From assembly GCF_009914755.1 (NCBI RefSeq), contig NC_060945.1: 64,000 bases of DNA; one strand, written 5' to 3'. The notes under the pieces are model-generated. The model saw nothing but the letters and a program-made list of their open reading frames with translations. It had not been told where the DNA came from and searched no databases. Numbering within the stretch: the first letter of the stretch is position 1; each line of letters begins with the position of its first letter. A program made the translations under genes and the position numbers. This DNA is from the human T2T-CHM13v2.0 reference genome, Homo sapiens. Below, piece after piece: positions 1 to 14,445 of the stretch.

Positions 1-740
1 TGTAGTTAAAAATTAGAAGGACTACTAACCTCCAGTTATATCATGGATTGTCTGGCAACGTTTTTTAAAAGATTTAGAAACTGGTACTTTCCCCCAGGTA
101 ACGATTTTCTGTTCAGGCAACTTCAGTTTAAAATTAATACTTTTATTTGACTCTTAAAGGGAAACTGAAAGGCTATGAAGCTGAATTTTTTTAATGAAAT
201 ATTTTTAACAGTTAGCAGGGTAAATAACATCTGACAGCTAATGAGATATTTTTTCCATACAAGATAAAAAGATTTAATCAAAAAATTTCATATTTGAAAT
301 GAAGTCCCAAATCTAGGTTCAAGTTCAATAGCTTAGCCACATAATACGGTTGTGCGAGCAGAGAATCTACCTTTCCACTTCTAAGCCTGTTTCTTCCTCC
401 ATAAAATGGGGATAATACTTTACAAGGTTGTTGTGAGGCTTAGATGAGATAGAGAATTATTCCATAAGATAATCAAGTGCTACATTAATGTTATAGTTAG
501 ATTAATCCAAGAACTAGTCACCCTACTTTATTAGAGAAGAGAAAAGCTAATGATTTGATTTGCAGAATATTTAAGGTTTGGATTTCTATGCAGTTTTTCT
601 AAATAACCATCACTTACAAATATGTAACCAAACGTAATTGTTAGTATATTTAATGTAAACTTGTTTTAACAACTCTTCTCAACATTTTGTCCAGGTTATT
701 CACTGTAACCAAATAAATCTCATGAGTCTTTAGTTGATTT
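1..740 (+). ncRNA. MIR155HG: 3' part of the terminal exon of lncRNA MIR155HG/BIC; miR-155 hairpin lies upstream of the window
   Basis: AT-rich non-coding sequence with AATAAA at 712-717, ~10.5 kb from the MRPL39 3' end, matching the recalled convergent MIR155HG/MRPL39 arrangement. Mature miR-155 sequence not seen. Identity is from locus knowledge. Confidence 0.75.
712..717 (+). terminator. Polyadenylation signal AATAAA (putative MIR155HG 3' end)
   Basis: aaataaatct at 711-720 followed by T-rich downstream sequence. Confidence 0.7.
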
Positions 741-906
741 AAAATAATTTTTATGGCCCATTTTCTTTTGCAAAGTACAAATTATAATTCCAGAAGCTAT
801 CTGCCAAAAAAAGACAATGGAAGAAAATTATGAGGACACTAAAGGGAACATTCCTGACTCCTAGGACACAGTATTCTCATGTAAGAATACCCATTTGGCT
901 TTGCCC

Positions 907-1002
907 CACTTTCTGTTCAAGTTGTATGTGCTGCCAAGACAAATTTCTTCTCCTCACTTTCTGTTCAAGTTGTATGTGCTGCCAACACAAATTTCTTCTC
1001 CT
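907..1002. repeat. 48-bp tandem duplication (2 copies, 1 mismatch)
   Basis: cactttctgttcaagttgtatgtgctgccaa(g/c)acaaatttcttctcct at 907-954 and 955-1002. Confidence 0.95.
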
Positions 1003-1003
1003 A

Positions 1004-1368
<365 letters not shown>

Positions 1369-2048
1369 GTGTCTGTTCAATTCATTTTATCTGCCACTGT
1401 ATATCTACAAGAGGACTCCTTGCTTTGAGTCCCAGTTCTTCAAAATCCTGCTTGCTGCCTAAAGACACAAAGTCATAGAACATTAGGACTGGAATAAACT
1501 ATTGTAGTATAACCTTCCTGCTGTTACAATAAAAAGCTATAAACATTACAAAGGCACTTAAAGAAAAGCTGTGCTAGGAAATGCCTTATTTGAAGAGCAT
1601 TTGGGTACACTCACATGAAGCTTTGGAAAGTTACTTAATCTTCCTCTAAGCCTCAATTTCTTCATCAATAAAATGATGAATATATTTCATATTTCATAAG
1701 ATGTAGGCTTAAATGAAATCATGCATGTGAAAAGCACAATGTCTATTATGCATTAAGTGTTAAACACAAACTTTCAAACTTTTACATTTCAGTCATTTAA
1801 ATCAAATGATCTACCATAGCAGATCTCCCCAAAGACACTCTAGCTCCAAACTAACTATAATCAATCCCGTGGTGACGACCCAAAGAACCAGGGTTCCTGG
1901 GTTTTCTCTCACGCCCAGCCCACCTAGGCTTCTGACTGCCTATCTCCTCATCTTAGAGGGATTCCTCCTGACCAGTCATTACAAAAATTCTTGGAGCATG
2001 AGCAAGACTGAGTCTGTGTTTGGATTGGAGGAAGGGGTAAGTAACAAG

Positions 2049-2063
2049 GTATATATATGTATA

Positions 2064-2094
<31 letters not shown>
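2049..2094. repeat. (TA)n(TG)n(CG)n alternating purine-pyrimidine microsatellite
   Basis: 46 uninterrupted alternating R/Y bases. Confidence 0.95.
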
Positions 2095-2617
2095 TTGTGT
2101 TTAAGTTACAAACTAAGGATGGTTTTAAAAAATTGCAAAATGTTAAGAGATTTATCTAGGATCTGACCCACTTCCCCAGAAATTTACGGAATTCAAGACC
2201 AAGCCTTTCGTATTCACTGTCATCAGTTAGATGGACCCAGTAGCTAAAAAATTAAGGAGAAAAAAAATAGAGGAATATGAGGGAAAAAGTCAAGTCAGAG
2301 GACTGAAGAATATATACAGAAGATAGAATATTAGAAATTTTCTGAAAATAGATGATAGCAAATACCTCAAGAAAGTGAGGAAACGTGAAAAGGGAGCTTA
2401 AAGAAAAATAATAGAGTCCATACATGGGACACAAGCACAAAAAGCTGACTGAGCATGTGGTTCTCTACTAATAATAACTGGAAAACAGTGAAACCAGCAG
2501 GAAAAACTTGCACATAAGAGTTTAACTTTCCACTTTGGGTTTCAAATTCTCCCATAGCAATAAGAGTAAGTGAAATAATGTTCACATAAGGATTTTTTTT
2601 TTTCTATTACTGTAGTG

Positions 2618-2950
<333 letters not shown>

Positions 2951-3409
2951 TGTTACTGTAGTGTTTTAACAAATCTAAGTGTAATAGTATTAGTCTTCAT
3001 TCATCTAAGACATACAAGTACTGGAATTTTTTAGGTGGGTTCCTCAAATGTCATCACAGTGGTGTCTTCTCTACATTCAGTCACTCTTCCGCCCTTCTCT
3101 GTAATGCTCAGGGATTTCCCAGTTCACTAGCACTTAACATAGTATGTCCTTACTTACTTTGGGGTATAAATGACTGCAATAGAAGAAGTGATATCCTTGA
3201 GGGATGAAACACGATCTTGCATATTCATATCCCTTTCAAATGTTTACTGACTTAATCACACCATTAGTTTTCTAAGTCCAAGTCTAAAAACAGAAATGAG
3301 TTTAAATACAGTGAACATTTCATTTTCACTATACCACTAAGCTGAAAGAAATGATTTTTGGTAAATAAAAGTTCATCACAGTGAAAAGTTCTACATATAA
3401 CTGAAGATC

Positions 3410-3585
3410 AAAGGATTCTCACCTGGGAAGCTTGTCAAGATGCATGTTCCCAAGCTCCCAGGCTCCCACTCCCAGAGATTCTAATACTGTAATGGAGCTG
3501 AGGACACTACATTTTTAACAGGCTGACCAGGTAGTTCAGATTCAGGTGGTTCCTAAACCAACTCTGAGGAAGTAGTGGTTTTATA
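3410..3585. mobile_element. MER5-like hAT-Charlie DNA transposon remnant
   Basis: Motifs cccagagattct...atttttaaca...ccaggt...caggtggt resemble MER5 consensus. Confidence 0.55.
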
Positions 3586-5099
3586 TACGATGCTACTGTT
3601 GATGTGGCTACTAGGAATGGTGCTCAGCAGAAATCCTGCAACATATGGATCTGTTTACACACTATTCACTGTGTAATGAGAGTCTGCAACATAGGCTAAG
3701 TGATAAGAGATGTCTTGTGGTTGACCTCTCTGGAGATAAGCAGCAATGAAATTCCAATGAAGTTTCATCATCTCTCATCACCAAAACCATCCTAACCACC
3801 TCAATAAAATACACCTGACTTCCCCCGCTCCCCCGACCCACCACCCCAAAACCAGCTGCCCTATGTTCTACCAAAAGCTGCAACCAACCAATGACCTGAT
3901 ACTAACCCCAATCTATCAGCTGCTGCCTAGTGCAACAGAGAGGGAAAGTCAATGAGAAGGAATTGGGTGCCAGTTCTTGCTTTGCAAGGAGTGGGTTGAC
4001 TAATGAGACAGCCACAAATGTCACTGCCATCCCATCTCACCCTTTCACCTGTGCTGCAAGGCTTCAACAATCATACCCAGTCTCCACTTAGGAAAATTCT
4101 GTCCTTTCTCAAATGCTGGCCACTCAGCAATGTGCTCCCTTAATCCAGGCCAAGCACACAGTAAAAGAACTCCAAAAAGGGTTACAGCCAAAAGTGATCT
4201 TTCTCCTCCATACTCCCAAAGCAGATTATAGCTCCTCCATAAACGTGCTTCGCATTGTGCCCCACGTTTGGTTTGTTACTTGTGTATACATTATCGTCTC
4301 TTCTAGATTGAGCTTCTGTAGGAAAGGAGAATCCTTTTCAATTTTTTGGTATTACACCCAGCTCAGGACCTTGCTCAGTTGCTTAAATTGAATGAGAAAA
4401 TGTATCCAAGTACCCACTGATGTTGGAAATTCAACTTGTTCCAATATTGAGGACTGCCTATACCTGGCATATGCGTGTCCCAATTTGAGAAATTGTTTTT
4501 CAAGTTGACTTGTATGGATTCCTTACAGATGCTCAAGCATCAGTTTGGTTTTCCCTAAATCCTGCAGATCAGGAAGGCAGTATCCATGTTTGCTTTAAGA
4601 AATTTCATTACTATAAATATATGAAATATTATAAATATAAAAATTCATATATTATAAATATATGAAATTTTGTCTGCAGAATTTTTTTCTCAACAGGCAA
4701 TCCTGACATAATAACCAATTTTGAGATGCTTCAAAAATAACACTGCAGTAGTAGCCACTCCTAAAACAAAATATTTCCCCTTTCCTTCAATATATGTAAT
4801 CACATATGACATATAAAATCTGCTTATTGGATAAATTTATCTTTAAAAGACTATCTATATTTATTAAAAGTTAAAATACATATACTCTTTGACCTGGAAT
4901 CAAGTACAACAATGTATTTTACAGAGCTACCAGCACACGTGTGGAATTATATATGTACAAGGCTACTAACTGAAGTATTAGTATAGTAACAAAAATTAAA
5001 AATCAACCATAAATAGGGAATAAATAATGGTACACCTATGAATGAAATACTAACTTCTAAAACACAAAGTAAAAAGAAAGGGAAAATAAGGAAAACTGG

Positions 5100-6031
<932 letters not shown>

Positions 6032-6150
6032 CAGACAAAACAGATTTTAAGACAACTAAGAAGTTAACAAGCTGACCCTACAATAAGCATGAAAATTTTG
6101 AAAAAGAATAGGAAAGGAGAACTCACCATAAGAGAAATTGAAACTTGTTA

Positions 6151-6580
<430 letters not shown>

Positions 6581-6893
6581 AAGAGTAGACAGGAAATAAA
6601 TGGTCCAGAATAACTGCCTATCCTTGTGGAGGAGAGGGTGATTCAAAATTAGGTCCCTTTCCTCACTCTATATGCAAAAAACAAACTTCAAATAAATTAT
6701 ACAATTAAATGTGAAAATCAAGACTTTAAAATAAACAATGCAGTAGGCTGCTTTATAATATCAAGTTAGGGAAGGCTTTCTTAAATTTCATAAACATAAA
6801 TCATAGAGGAAAAGATGAACTGTCTACCTTAAAATTAAAGACGATATAAACAAAATTAAAAGGTAAGCCAGACAAAAGAAATATTTGTAGTGA

Positions 6894-7214
<321 letters not shown>

Positions 7215-7249
7215 CACAAGGGTTTCACTTTCTAAAAATATAAAGAACT

Positions 7250-7555
7250 GGCCAGGTGCAATGGCTCACACTTGTAATCCTAGCACTTTGGGAGGGCAAG
7301 GAGAGCAGATCGCTAGAGGCCAGAAGCTGGAGAACAGCCTGGCCAACATGGTGAAACCCCATCTCTACTTTAAAAATATAAAAATTAGTTGGGTGTGGTG
7401 GCACTTGCCTATAATCCCAGCTACTTGGCTACTCAGGAGGCCGAGGCAGGGGAATCGCTTGAATCCAGTAGGCAGAGGCTGCAGTGAGCCAAGATCATGC
7501 CACTGCACTACAGCTTGGGCAACAGAGTGAGACCTGGTCTCAAAAAAAAAAAAAA
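7250..7555 (+). mobile_element. Alu (diverged AluJ/S)
   Basis: Full dimer with A-tail. Confidence 0.9.
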
Positions 7556-7556
7556 T

Positions 7557-7585
7557 TATATATATATATTATATATATACACTAT

Positions 7586-7636
<51 letters not shown>
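7557..7636. repeat. (TA)n/(CA)n compound microsatellite at Alu tail
   Basis: Direct reading. Confidence 0.95.
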
Positions 7637-7638
<2 letters not shown>

Positions 7639-7649
7639 TTAATATGAGA

Positions 7650-8400
7650 TGCCCAAAAATCCAATTGTAAAAAGGGGCAAAGGTTGTAAACTGGTAATTC
7701 ATAAAAACAAATGAAGAGATGCTTATTGGTACTATATGCTCAGTATTAAGCAAATTAAATGAGATAGGATCGTGCATATTCAACCAACAAAATATCTGAA
7801 TGTCTGAAAATAATAAATGTTAATGAGGGAGTGGAGAAAATGGGAATGCTCATACTGCTGATAGAGAGTAAACTGGTACAACTATTGTGGCAGCCAATTA
7901 ATATTTAGTAAAGCTGAAGATGCATGGTCCACTGTGGTACAGGCCCTGGAGATATTATCAAATGTGTACACAAAGAAACACGCACAAGGATATTTTCTGC
8001 GATACTGTAATACTCAAAAGCCAATGACATCCTCAGTGGTCATCAATAAGAAAATGAATTAATGATGGGATTAATCATATAATGAAATACTATATAGCAG
8101 TTGAAATGAATGTACTCTTTACATGTATCAACATGCTATACATAAAAAACAATGATGAGCAATAAAAGCAAATTGCAAAAGGATATATATTATGAAACCA
8201 ATTATGTTTAGTTTTAAAACACAGAGAATACTATGGATTGTAGTAAAAAAATATATAAAATCATGAAGAGTAAGGACAGGTACAAACAGGATAGTGGTTC
8301 TTCTTGAGAGGAAGGAAATGACATAACAAGACCTTCAATGGATGTGCAGCTTTTCCTTTATTTAAACACAAAAGGATCTGAAGTAAATAAGGAAAAAGGT
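7650..8400 (+). mobile_element. Old L1ME-like 3' fragment
   Basis: Degenerate motifs (ctcatactgctg...aactggtacaac..., aatgaaatactatatagcag) typical of L1M 3' ends. Confidence 0.6.
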
Positions 8401-8790
8401 TGACAGTGGTTACAATTAAATAGTGGCTGTATGTCAACACTCTTGGTTACAAACAACAGGATCTACACTAGCTAGTTTAAACAAACAGAATAAAATGGCT
8501 CACAAGTCACAGGCGTGGAGGTCAGGACTACGGAGCCCCCAAAAATGCCCATTTTTATACCTTGGAGCAGCTGCGGGGGAAAAACTGCTAAGCAAAGCCT
8601 CCACACCTTGCACCATTACATGGGACCTCTGCCACTGCTGCCTTGAAAACCACATCACTGCTCCGTTCAACAAAATGTATCTCATACTACTCTTGTCTGC
8701 AAAGTACTTGCTTCCAGATTTCACACAGTTATGTCTAATTGGTGAGCCCATGCTACCTGTCTGAGCCACAGCTGCAAGGAAGGGCAGGAG
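8338..8790 (-). ncRNA. LINC00515: Probable LINC00515 (single-exon lncRNA downstream of MRPL39)
   Basis: Position recalled from locus annotation (~2.5-3 kb downstream of MRPL39, same strand); minus-strand AATAAA at 8357-8362 fits the 3' end. Boundaries approximate. Confidence 0.5.
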
Positions 8791-9569
8791 ATTAAATTTC
8801 ATTCTTCTACTGGGTAAGGCGAGATCCACAGAGTGGGAAGTTGCCAAAAAGCAGGTGTTCAAACAGTGCTAGCTGCCCAAAAAGCACGAAAAGTGCCCAC
8901 TCAAACAAGAGTTGGTGAAAATATTCTCTCTACTTTTCTGTATGCTCAAATATTTCACAATTTTTTTAAAGAAAAAATGTCGAAGTATGTAAATTCACAA
9001 ACAACAAAGGGAATGGAAAAAAAATCAATAAACAAGAGACGTCAACCAAATTCTAAAAGACAAAAAGCTAAGTGACTAATAAAACACTAGAGAATGTCAC
9101 CACCTAGAAAACATGTGGAGGAAGTTCCATCAGAGGCAGCCAACCGGCCCAGCTGGGCCTTAGCTCAGAGGCAGCAAAAGTTCATAGATGATAGAAGACA
9201 GTAGAGGGATTAGTTAAATCTAAACTAATTAAAAAGAAAGGAATTAATTAAAGGTCTGTATACAAACTGGTTGAACACTACCCCATCTTCAAATATAGAA
9301 GGGCCTAAATCCAGGAAGTGCCCCATGCAAAATATTGAAGGGATCTTTATTATAAAGTAAGTGAAAGAACAGTCTGGGTAAAACTAGGATAGTCAATTTA
9401 GAAATCGGTAGCCAAGACAAGACCTCTTCATTCTAGCATTTTAAAAACCCTCATCCTACCAGCCAGATTTACCTACTTATCCTTAGTGATGCTTATGAGA
9501 AGCCAAACCTTCCTCAAACCACAGAGCTGCCAGTCAACCTCCCTACATCCACATCTTCAACTACAAACT

Positions 9570-10450
9570 GACAGCCAACAAACGTAAGACATTTGAAAAA
9601 AGCCTGAAACATGTAGATGAAAGACTAAGAAAAAAATCTGTCACTGGAGAAAAGAGATGATTCAGGGACTAGAAAGTGAATGAAGAAATGAATAAAAATT
9701 ATATTGATATCTTCAGAGAGCTTCATGAAAATACTTCACATCCAGAAAACATGAAAAGGATTCTATGAAACAGAAGCAAAAGAGAGCTTTCAGAAATTAA
9801 AATATGCTTGACATAATGTGAGTAAAATATAAATGCAGGAAAAATAATAGAGAAAGGGAAAAAAATACAGAGGACCAATACAGACGATGCAAATACAGCT
9901 GAAAGGTATTAGAGAAACAAAGAACCTCCAGAGAAAAGAAAGAACAAATAAAGTAAAAAAACATAAAAGAGAGATGTCAAAAATTGAAAGGATCGCCTAC
10001 GTACCAAGCAGAATAACTGACTGAAGACCTAGATACAGGTACAGGATTGTCGAATTTTACAACACCAAGAATAATAAGATCCTAAGTGTCCAGAGTGTGT
10101 TGAGAGAAGGGGATGCAGAGAACAGGTTATATAAAAAAGGAACAAGAATCAGACTGGCATCAGACCTTTCATTAGCAAAATCAGATGCCAGAAAATAACT
10201 GAGCTGCTTTCAAAGTTCTAAGAGAAAACTACTTTTCAATCTAGAATTCTGTATCTAGCTGAATAGTTCATCAAATGTAAGCGCATAACCCACTTTAGAC
10301 ATGCAATGGCTCACCTCTTAGACATTTTTTCCTAGAAAGGAGCTTAGAGACAAATGCTAGCAAAATGAGAAAGTTAATCAAGAAACAGGAAGATATGGAC
10401 TCTAAGAAAAAGTTGACCTCACCCAGAAAAAAAAAAAAAAAAATACGGCC
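9570..10450 (+). mobile_element. Ancient L1M/HAL1 ORF1-region remnant
   Basis: aagaatcagactggcatcagac...gatgccagaa...ttcaaagttct...ctagaattctgtatctagct resembles the L1 ORF1 C-terminal coding region. Confidence 0.65.
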
Positions 10451-11233
10451 TTCAGAGGAAGCCTGTGCACAAGATGCAGAAAACTTGCTGACAAAGAAGC
10501 AGAAACTTTTTGGCAAAATATTTTTGTAAGACTGATAACCAAGGCTTACTCAAGGTGTGGGGAAACAGGCACTCTTAGACAGTTATTGGGAGTAACACTT
10601 GGCAAAACCTTTGGGAAGCCAGCATCTGGTAGCACCTGACAGTAATTCCACTGCCAGAAATCTATTTCTACAGAATTATTTATACGTGAGGCAACATAGA
10701 GTAGAACATAAGAGCATGTGAGTGAAACTACCTCCGTTCAAATTCCCACTTTACCACTTTCAAGCTCTATGCTGTTTCCTCATTTAAAAAATAGAAACAT
10801 CTTCTCAACAGGTCACTATGAGGATTATAGAAAAGGTTCCACACGTGATGGGCTTCGCACAAGACCCAGCACATGATAAATACTCAGTTAATATTACTTA
10901 TCTACAAACATTTGCCATTTTTGCACAAGGATGTTTACTGTGCCACTGTTCGGCAAAAAACGCAAGCAAGTATAGTATGGTCCTATTTATGTTTTTTAGA
11001 AATTACATTTATATTTGTATGTATCTGCCTAGATCTGTAGGAAAAAATAGAGAAAACATGCTAAAGTGTTGCATCCATGGAGCAGGAAGGGAGTGACCTG
11101 TTTTTGTACAGTTTTTACTTAAGCAACATGAAGTGTTTCATACTTTAGAGAAAAGAAAAAGTAAAGATCACTATCAATCTTGGGGAGAAAGGGTTAATCT
11201 GTATAAGCACACACAAACATTATATTTAAAACA

Positions 11234-11244
11234 TTTATTTTATT
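11234..11244 (-). terminator. MRPL39: MRPL39 poly(A) signal: two overlapping AATAAA
   Basis: Minus strand AATAAAATAAA ~27 nt after the stop, with GT-rich downstream element (ATGTTTGTGTGTG, ~11208-11220). Confidence 0.85.
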
Positions 11245-11270
11245 ATACATATTTAAATTTTAGAAAGTTA

Positions 11271-11318
11271 TTAGGTAGATGTACATTCCTCTGTTGCTTT
11301 ACTTTGATCTTCAGTTAC
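11271..11318 (-). CDS. MRPL39: MRPL39 last coding exon (VTEDQSKATEECTST*)
   Basis: Acceptor TTTTTACAG|, phase 0, tandem TAA TAA stop; completes 338 aa. Confidence 0.97.
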   Translation of the reverse strand, partial: VTEDQSKATEECTST

Positions 11319-13264
11319 CTGTAAAAACATGAATAGCTTTACTTTCCTAATAAACACTTTCAGTTTTACCCTTCACCCACCATTTTAAATCATTCCACAG
11401 CCCTCTTATAATGACCCTTTATCTTTCCCCTTAAATAGTAGAATAGAAAGTTAGGTAAGAAGAAAGATTTAAAGGCCAAGTAACCAATATAAATTATCAG
11501 GTAAAGAACAATAATTCCATTCAAAAATATAATCTAAGGCATATTATACCTAGGCTTCTCAAGTTGGCCATTTTACTTTTCAGCCGTAAAACAAAATCAT
11601 TAGTGTAAGAAAAAACACCTGAAGTGCTGTAACAAGCTATTTTAAATCAGTTTATTTTCTTTTGGAGTATAATTCCATTTAGAATAGAACATATTACAGA
11701 TTTAGTCTAAATAGATATCTCTATGTCCCTATTTCTATTCTGTGTCACTCAGACTCATCAAACAGACATGGCTAAATCTGAATTCAACACCCCAAAACCT
11801 GTCCTACCTGCATCATCTATCTTGGTAAAGGGCTCCACCCAGATACCTAAGGACAGCATTCAAGAATTCACTCTCTTCTTCCTACCTGCATATTCCATCA
11901 ACAGTCCTACTAATTCAGCCTAAGTTAACTCTCACAGTCATTCTCCCTATCGCGGCTGAACTTTAGGACCTCATTCTCTTCTATCCCCCTAACAGAACTC
12001 TTGGCTTAAGTCACAGCTATATCCCATGCTACCCCTAGAATGAGCTTTTAAACAAGAATAGCTGATCAACAGGTCACTTCCCTACTCAAAATTCTCCAGT
12101 TACTCTCTAGCATCTCAGTGGGGTGGAGGAGGAAAGTCAGGAATGCAAGTTCCACAACACGGGACACAAGCCCCTCATATTCTGTTTTTGGACTGACTCT
12201 TTACCTATCCTACATGTGACCTGTACATTCAAATTCATCTTACATTCATCATGTTCTCTATGTAGGCAAGTGACTTCCTCTGAGATAACCTCCAACCCAT
12301 TTTCCAACAGATTATCTGCATGGTCCACTTTTATTCACCCTTTAAAATCAGCTTAAGAGACTCCAATTCCTGGAAGCCTTCCTTAAGCAACTCCCCAGCT
12401 TGGTCTGAGTCCTCTTCTTTATGCCAGAGCCCCACATGTACACCTGAACTGTCTGCTTATAAGTCTAATTATCCAATCAACATTACTTCCCTGAGGCAGC
12501 AAGTAAATTTTGTGCATTTTTTTGTACCTCCAGACCATAACAGTACCTGGCACACAATAAACAATCAGTAAGTCTGTGTTGCATCAATGAACCACGTTTA
12601 ATCTAATCCCTTCAGAAAAGCAAAATGGACAGTAGAAAAAAGCAACTAAACCAGAATAAATGTTTGAAAAAATATGTATTGACTAACATCACTAGATATT
12701 CTAGGTAAGACACTGTCTCTGCCGTTTTTCTACATTTTTCATTCCTTTAAAGTGTTCAGTTACTACTGCTTCTTTAATTTTCCAAACTATTTCTTTAATA
12801 TTCTTTAGCTTTTTAAATTTTTTTTAATTTTACTTAACTCCAAGTAAACATGCTGAACATTTTTTCTTTAGTTTCTTCATCTAAAATGATCACTGTGACC
12901 AACTAAAAAGAGAAAATTACTCCATCCATTCAAAGGTAATTTCTTCTCATGAGAAAAAAAATTATATAACCCTTACTCAAGAACATTATGGTGAAGTCCC
13001 TAAACAATAATTCCTATCTACATAGTCATTAATAAAGACTAGGTTTATATATCATTATGAAAAATTGTCAATAAATATTTCTTGGGTAACCCCTTCATGT
13101 GCTAATGTTGTGTTCAAAATTTGGGCTTACACAAATATAACAAATCCTGAAAGGCTTAACAGACAGAAAATAAATGTACTGGCAAAGAAAACAATCAAAA
13201 AATAGTATGTGGACATATACAATCAAGCACAAACTTATATGAATAATTATTTGTTAGAGATTAC

Positions 13265-13353
13265 TCTGAGACTGTTCCATGGAGGAGGTACGACTCAGGC
13301 GAGGTAGTGAAGAATGACTGCGTAGTAAATAGAAGGAGAATGGGAAATGGAGT
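13265..13353 (-). CDS. MRPL39: MRPL39 alternative 89-nt exon (TPFPILLLFTTQSFFTTSPESYLLHGTVSE*; 353-aa isoform)
   Basis: Acceptor TTTTTCTTTCTAG|ACT, donor GA|GTAATC; translation matches my recollection of the long-isoform C-terminus. Confidence 0.85.
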
Positions 13354-13593
13354 CTAGAAAGAAAAACTATCATGAAGAAATAAGCAAACTTGAAAATAAG
13401 TTTAATGTGTGATGCTTAATGTGCCTGCAAGCTTAACCAGGGTTTGTGGCATTGTGGGAAATTAGGATAAGGAGGAAGTCCTAATGAGGACAGATTACAC
13501 AGGACAGCTATCAGATAACCTAAGTAAAAGAGGCACACTTAGCCTATGAAATAGGAAACAGGAATAGTTGTGGTCAAGAAATACAATCACCCG

Positions 13594-13925
<332 letters not shown>

Positions 13926-14397
13926 CTAATGACAAAGAATAAACTACAAAAACACAAACATTCAAATCTGGTTTTTCAGGACATTAGGATATTTGCACAT
14001 TTACTGTTAATGGCTAAAGGCGGCTTTAAAATACACCTGACAAATCTTAATCCTCTAAATATTCATTAAGTTTACAAAATAAATCCTAAGACCTAACTGA
14101 TACCATTACAACTATTAAGAACTATTACTATTACATAGTAATATTCTTATTTCTCTTCAAGTTCTACAATATCATTTTCACGATATTAACAAATAAAATC
14201 AAAAGAGAACTGCCAAGTTACAACTTTACCCTTACCAACACACTAGTGAACAATCACAACACTGCTTTGACTATTGAGACAACTTACTTTTTTCCTTTCT
14301 CTTTGTTTCTTTCATTTTTCCCCCCTTTGGTTGTTACTGGTTAATTTTGATGAATTTCTTTATAGAAGAGTACTCAATAGCTGTCAAAAACACTTAC

Positions 14398-14445
14398 CAT
14401 TTTCCGAGATCTTTCCAATAGCTTATCCCATATTGTAAAATGTGC
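14398..14445 (-). CDS. MRPL39: MRPL39 exon 9 (AHFTIWDKLLERSRKM)
   Basis: TTTTCAAG|GCA...ATG|GTAAGT; 48 nt, phase 0/0. Confidence 0.97.

Noticed and set aside
1-740. miR-155 hairpin
   Set aside because: TTAATGCTAATCGTGATAGGGG was not seen; it should lie just upstream of the window.
4598-4672. AT-rich quasi-palindrome (ttcatatatt-ata-aatatatgaa)
   Set aside because: Low-complexity AT sequence; short stems of this kind arise readily by chance.
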